A stretch of 64,000 bases of DNA, from NCBI GenBank assembly GCA_030591565.1, contig JAUVAU010000001.1, forward strand, positions 104,577 through 168,576, read 5' to 3'. Shown in pieces: positions 59,868-64,000 of this stretch. Under the pieces are notes generated by a model. That model saw only the letters and a program-made list of their open reading frames with translations, was not told the DNA's origin and did no database searches. Both the position numbers and the translations under genes were made by a program. Position 1 is the stretch's first letter; every line of letters starts with the position of its first letter. This DNA comes from Deltaproteobacteria bacterium. GTDB lineage: Bacteria; Desulfobacterota; Deferrisomatia; Deferrisomatales; BM512.

Positions 59868-61049
59868 ATGGCAAAATTTTTACTCCAGCAACAGGACACA
59901 TTCAACACCAGGATAAAGGTAGTTGGCGTTGGCGGCGGCGGCGGCAACGTGTTGAACACGATGATTTCATCGGGTATCGACAGGGTTGAGTTCATCGCTG
60001 CAAACACCGACGCGCAGTCATTGTCCAACAACCTGGCTACCATCAAGGTACAGTTGGGCGAAGGGCTGACACGGGGGTTGGGCGCGGGAGCCGACCCCGA
60101 AGTGGGCCGCCAGGCGGCGCTTGAAAACACCGAGGCGATAGCCGACGCAATGGCGCATGCCGACATGGTGTTCATCACCGCCGGCATGGGTGGCGGCACC
60201 GGCACCGGCGCCAGCCCCGTCATAGCGCGCATCGCACGCGATTGCGGCGCCCTGACCGTGGGCGTTGTCACCAAGCCCTTTGGTTTTGAGGGCAAGCGCA
60301 GGATGGCGCAGGCCAAAGATGGCATAGAGGAGCTTCGCCAGGAAGTGGATACCCTCATAACCATCCCCAATGACAGGCTGCTCGCGATCGCCGGAGCCAA
60401 CACCACCGTAATCGAGGCGTTTGGCATGGTGGACGATGTTTTGGGCCAGGCGGTGCGTGGGATCAGCGAACTCATCACCACCGCCGGCATCATCAACGTC
60501 GATTTTGCCGATGTGCGCACGGTCATGAGCGAAAAGGGAATGGCGCTCATGGGCGCGGGCATACGCGAAGGCGAAAACCGCGCGGTGCTTGCGGCACAGG
60601 ACGCGATCTCCAGTCCGCTCCTGGACAACGTGAGCATCGAAGGCGCACGCGGAGTGCTCATCAATGTGCGCGGCCCCTCCGATATGACCCTTGCGGAGAT
60701 CAACGAAGCCGCGACACTTATCCAGGAGGCCGCACACGAGGACGCCAACATCATCTTCGGCCACGTGATCGACGACCGCATGGGTAACGGCGTGCAGGTG
60801 ACTGTGATCGCCACGGCCTTTGGCGGCGCGCAGTCGGAAGCCAACCCGGTGGATGTCGTCAGGTTCGCAGCGGAGAGAGAAAAGAAGAAGGTTGTGGAGG
60901 AGGAGATTAACCGCGACATCCCGGCTTTCATAAGAAAAGAGCAGTTTTCGGGCCAAGCGGTGCGTGTGGCCAGAGTCGCCGCCGGTTCCGATCTTGATCT
61001 GGACGACCAGTACGATATCCCCACCTTTCTGAGAAAGCAGGTGGATTGA
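59868..61049 (+). CDS. ftsZ: Cell division protein FtsZ
   Basis: GGGTGTG tubulin motif, NVDFAD, C-terminal DIPTFLRK. Confidence 0.99.
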   Translation: MAKFLLQQQDTFNTRIKVVGVGGGGGNVLNTMISSGIDRVEFIAANTDAQSLSNNLATIKVQLGEGLTRGLGAGADPEVGRQAALENTEAIADAMAHADMVFITAGMGGGTGTGASPVIARIARDCGALTVGVVTKPFGFEGKRRMAQAKDGIEELRQEVDTLITIPNDRLLAIAGANTTVIEAFGMVDDVLGQAVRGISELITTAGIINVDFADVRTVMSEKGMALMGAGIREGENRAVLAAQDAISSPLLDNVSIEGARGVLINVRGPSDMTLAEINEAATLIQEAAHEDANIIFGHVIDDRMGNGVQVTVIATAFGGAQSEANPVDVVRFAAEREKKKVVEEEINRDIPAFIRKEQFSGQAVRVARVAAGSDLDLDDQYDIPTFLRKQVD

Positions 61050-61101
61050 TCAGCGGAGCGTTCCTTTTGGAATTGATGGCGAAAGTGGAGGGTTCAAGGC
61101 G

Positions 61102-62685
61102 ATGACCCGGTCCCCAAAACACCGGTCACCCCGAAACTCTATAGACTATGCCCTGGTCTATCCCAACACTTTTGCCGTGGGTATCTCCAATCTCGGCGTG
61201 CATGCCCTCCGACGCCGTATTGGGAACCTTGAAGGAGCAACCGTTGAGCTTGTTTTCTCCGACACCGACGAAGGCCGCCTCGACAAGGGGCGGCCTTCCG
61301 GTTTTGACCTGATATGTTTCTCGCTATCCTTTGAAGGGGACTATCCTGCGCTGGCCGCGCTGCTTTCCGGCAGTGGAATCCCGCCCCTTGCCCGCGACAG
61401 GAACGACGCCCACCCCCTGATAGTCGTGGGGGGGTTCGCCCCCAGCCTCAACCCGGAGCCGCTTGCCGATATCGCCGACCTGATCTTCATAGGCGAGGCC
61501 GAAGGCGGGTTTGATCCTCTCCATGACTACTTGCGTCAATATGGCCCGGAAGATAAGAAGGGCATCCTCAAAGCGATAGCCGACGACGCCCCCCTTGGCT
61601 GGTATGCGCCCAGCCTGATGGAGGGGGTGGAAGTTCAGCTCAGTCGCGCACCCGCCGGGTGGGAGCCGGTCCACTCCACCGAGATCGCCCAGGACGACGC
61701 CTTTGGTGGCGCATTCCTCATGGAGATCAGCCGGGGCTGTCCCCACGGCTGCCGCTTTTGCGCCGCTGGACACCTCTCCAGGCCAGTGCGCTTCATCGAG
61801 AAGGAGAGGCTGGAGCCGGTAATAGACAAGGGAATGAAAATGGCCGGGCGTATCGGGCTCGTGGGTGCAGCCGTCTCCGATCATCCCGACTTCAAGCACC
61901 TCGCCCGCAGGATAATCGACGGTGGCAAGGCCCTCTCGGTAAGCTCATTCCGGGCAGAGAATCTGGACTTTGAGGCAGCCCTGCTCCTAAAGAGCGGTGG
62001 GCTGAAAACCCTTACAATAGCGCTCGAATCCGCCAGTGACAGGGTTCGCGCCGGGATAGGGAAAAAGATAGGCGTCGAAGATGTGATAAGGGGGGCCGAG
62101 CTGGCGCGTGAAGCCGGGATAAAAGGGCTCCGAATCTACGCGATGGTTGGGTTGCCGGGTGAAACCGATGAGGACGCCCAGGGGCTGGTCGAGGTCGTCA
62201 GGCAGGCCAAAAAAGCGATGGTGCGCGGCACCGTGACGCTCAGCGTCACACCCTTCGTGCCAAAACCCAACACACCGCTGCAATGGGAACCGATGGCCGC
62301 CGAAAAGGTGGTAAAAAAGAGGCTCCGGGCCATTCAGGGAGGGGCGGGGCAAATACCCGGCGTCAAGGTCAGCACCGAGTCGCCCAAATGGGCCCGCGTG
62401 CAGGGGCTGCTGAGCAGGGGGGGAAGAGAGTTGGGCGAAATTATCGCCAGCCGGCCAACCGGTGGCGAGTGGGGGAGGATACTGAAATCCGACTACGCCA
62501 AAGGGGTGCTGGACAGGACCAGGGGTGACGATGAGTTTTTCCCCTGGGATTTCATAAAAGGCGTACCCTCCAAGCGCTTTCTCTATGCCCAGTTCATCGA
62601 ATCGAAAAAAGGGGTCATGCCTCCTGAGTGCAGCGGGAGCGACGAGTGCCGAATCTGCGACCTGTGCAAAGTCGTCGCCGGATAG
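61102..62685 (+). CDS. Radical SAM protein (B12-binding-like N-terminus)
   Basis: YPN..VGISNLG, EISRGCPHGCRFC, MVGLPGET, PFVPKPNTP, C-terminal C..C..C..C. Confidence 0.9.
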   Translation: MTRSPKHRSPRNSIDYALVYPNTFAVGISNLGVHALRRRIGNLEGATVELVFSDTDEGRLDKGRPSGFDLICFSLSFEGDYPALAALLSGSGIPPLARDRNDAHPLIVVGGFAPSLNPEPLADIADLIFIGEAEGGFDPLHDYLRQYGPEDKKGILKAIADDAPLGWYAPSLMEGVEVQLSRAPAGWEPVHSTEIAQDDAFGGAFLMEISRGCPHGCRFCAAGHLSRPVRFIEKERLEPVIDKGMKMAGRIGLVGAAVSDHPDFKHLARRIIDGGKALSVSSFRAENLDFEAALLLKSGGLKTLTIALESASDRVRAGIGKKIGVEDVIRGAELAREAGIKGLRIYAMVGLPGETDEDAQGLVEVVRQAKKAMVRGTVTLSVTPFVPKPNTPLQWEPMAAEKVVKKRLRAIQGGAGQIPGVKVSTESPKWARVQGLLSRGGRELGEIIASRPTGGEWGRILKSDYAKGVLDRTRGDDEFFPWDFIKGVPSKRFLYAQFIESKKGVMPPECSGSDECRICDLCKVVAG

Positions 62686-62781
62686 TTTTCAAGCCCGAAT
62701 TCTGATAACATTCGGGAATTAACCCCAGAGCTACCTTTATCATTTTGCAGTTCAGCGTGTTTTTGCTTTCAGTTGAGTGAT

Positions 62782-64000
62782 ATGAGCGATAAACCCCAAG
62801 CGCCACTGTTAAGGCGACGCCTCCTCAAAGACTTCATGACTATCGCAGTCGTGCTGGTGGCGCTTTGTCTCGCGCTGACCTCGCTCTCCTTTTACGCCTA
62901 CTACCGTACCTCGCTAAGTCAGCAGTTGGAAAGCGCGTCGGCCAGCGTTAACGAGTCGCTGAATTTCTTCCATAAAGAGGTCGTCTCCCACGCCGCTCTG
63001 TTCTTCAGTCTTCACAAGGTAGACACCAAGCGGTGGAGGAGTACTGTGGTCCACGACCGCATTGATCTGGTCACCGTCGAGTGGCTGGAGATGGCGGGTG
63101 TGACGCTTGTGGGGGATGGAGATCTTGCCTACTGGCTGCGAAACGGTTTTACCGCCAAGGAGCTGGAGCCGGTATTCAATGGCGAAGCCAGGTTGATCGC
63201 CAGGGCGCCCCCCGGCGAGCCGATGATGCTCTACAGCGCCATCCCCGAACCCCTGGATAGCCTTGATACCACGGTGGTCGTCTTTGGTCGGGAGATCACT
63301 GACCAGTGGCTTGCCGAGCTAGCCAGAAGACTTGGCTACGAGGTGGTATTCTATAATGATTCCGGCGAGGTGTCCGCGTCCAGCACACAAATGCCCTACT
63401 TCGACCGCAGGAGTCTTTTCGGCTCTAAAACGGTGGAGATCGGTGGCGACGTATATGCAGCACGCTACCATCCCCTGACTATCGCCGGGGCCAGGAGGTC
63501 GGGGTTTGCCATCTTTACACCGGTTGAAGAACTCAGAACACTTGGGGTGAGCCTCACCGGTTTTCTCTTCATAGGCATCTTTTTTGTGTTCATCGTCTCA
63601 TGCTGGACCTACAGGGGCGCTCTGGAGAAAGCCACCAGTCAGATCGACCTCCTCGTCAAATGGAGCCGGGATTATTACACGTCCCGCAATCCCTACGATC
63701 CTCCCCCCGGCGAGTACCTTGAGCTTCAGGTGCTCAGCGGCACCTTTGGCGATCTGCTCGACAAGATCGAATCGGCGCGAGTTGAGATCGAGGAGAAGAA
63801 CGTCAGGCTTGAAAAGCTGGTGGAGAAAAAAGACAGGGAGGCAGTCGAGCAGAGCCATCTGTTTGACGCCATCGTCTCCGAAATGCCGCAAAATGTCTTT
63901 GTCATCGACGAAAACGGGGTGGTTGTCTATGCCAACCCGAGCGCGTTAAAGCAGTTCAAGGCTGAAATAGGCCAGCCACTGCCCGAAGCGATATTGGGTT
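62782..64000 (+). CDS. Membrane sensor protein (periplasmic sensor, HAMP-like, PAS), probably a histidine kinase; 3'-truncated
   Basis: Open frame from ATG 62782 to window end: two TM helices, coiled coil, PAS start VFVIDENGVVVYANPSA; output domain not visible. Confidence 0.75.
   Translation, partial: MSDKPQAPLLRRRLLKDFMTIAVVLVALCLALTSLSFYAYYRTSLSQQLESASASVNESLNFFHKEVVSHAALFFSLHKVDTKRWRSTVVHDRIDLVTVEWLEMAGVTLVGDGDLAYWLRNGFTAKELEPVFNGEARLIARAPPGEPMMLYSAIPEPLDSLDTTVVVFGREITDQWLAELARRLGYEVVFYNDSGEVSASSTQMPYFDRRSLFGSKTVEIGGDVYAARYHPLTIAGARRSGFAIFTPVEELRTLGVSLTGFLFIGIFFVFIVSCWTYRGALEKATSQIDLLVKWSRDYYTSRNPYDPPPGEYLELQVLSGTFGDLLDKIESARVEIEEKNVRLEKLVEKKDREAVEQSHLFDAIVSEMPQNVFVIDENGVVVYANPSALKQFKAEIGQPLPEAILG

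Overview
GC-rich chromosomal window from a deltaproteobacterium (Desulfobacterota/Myxococcota-like gene content; taxonomy inferred). It is mostly core genome: the end of the atp operon (atpG-atpD-atpC); nifU-nifS; a redox/iron cluster (TlpA-like, MBL hydrolase, ferritin-like, flavoprotein, Fur); SAM-I riboswitch-metX; a HD-GYP-pgpA-cinA-thpR-recA-pilT-alaS run; hemL; a cytochrome/TPR/ExbB/ExbD/TonB cluster; ftsB with a coupled diguanylate cyclase; pyk; and a complete mraZ-ftsZ dcw cluster. Several things are missed by the ORF track or are unusual: (1) an exported UshA-like/tetraheme cytochrome c fusion that needs read-through of an in-frame TGA in a C-G-U motif followed by a SECIS-like hairpin, i.e. 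a probable selenoprotein; (2) a dcw MurB with the catalytic Ser and Glu replaced; (3) six copies of a modular, structured MITE-like family, one in the nifU leader and three at gene 3' ends with TA duplications; (4) a 49-aa membrane micropeptide divergent from mraZ; (5) a large TPR protein with a TonB-box-like N-terminus beside ExbBD-TonB with no receptor; (6) an AT-richer orphan gene flanked by hairpin-rich repeats. All calls come from reading the sequence and motifs; no database search or folding program was run.
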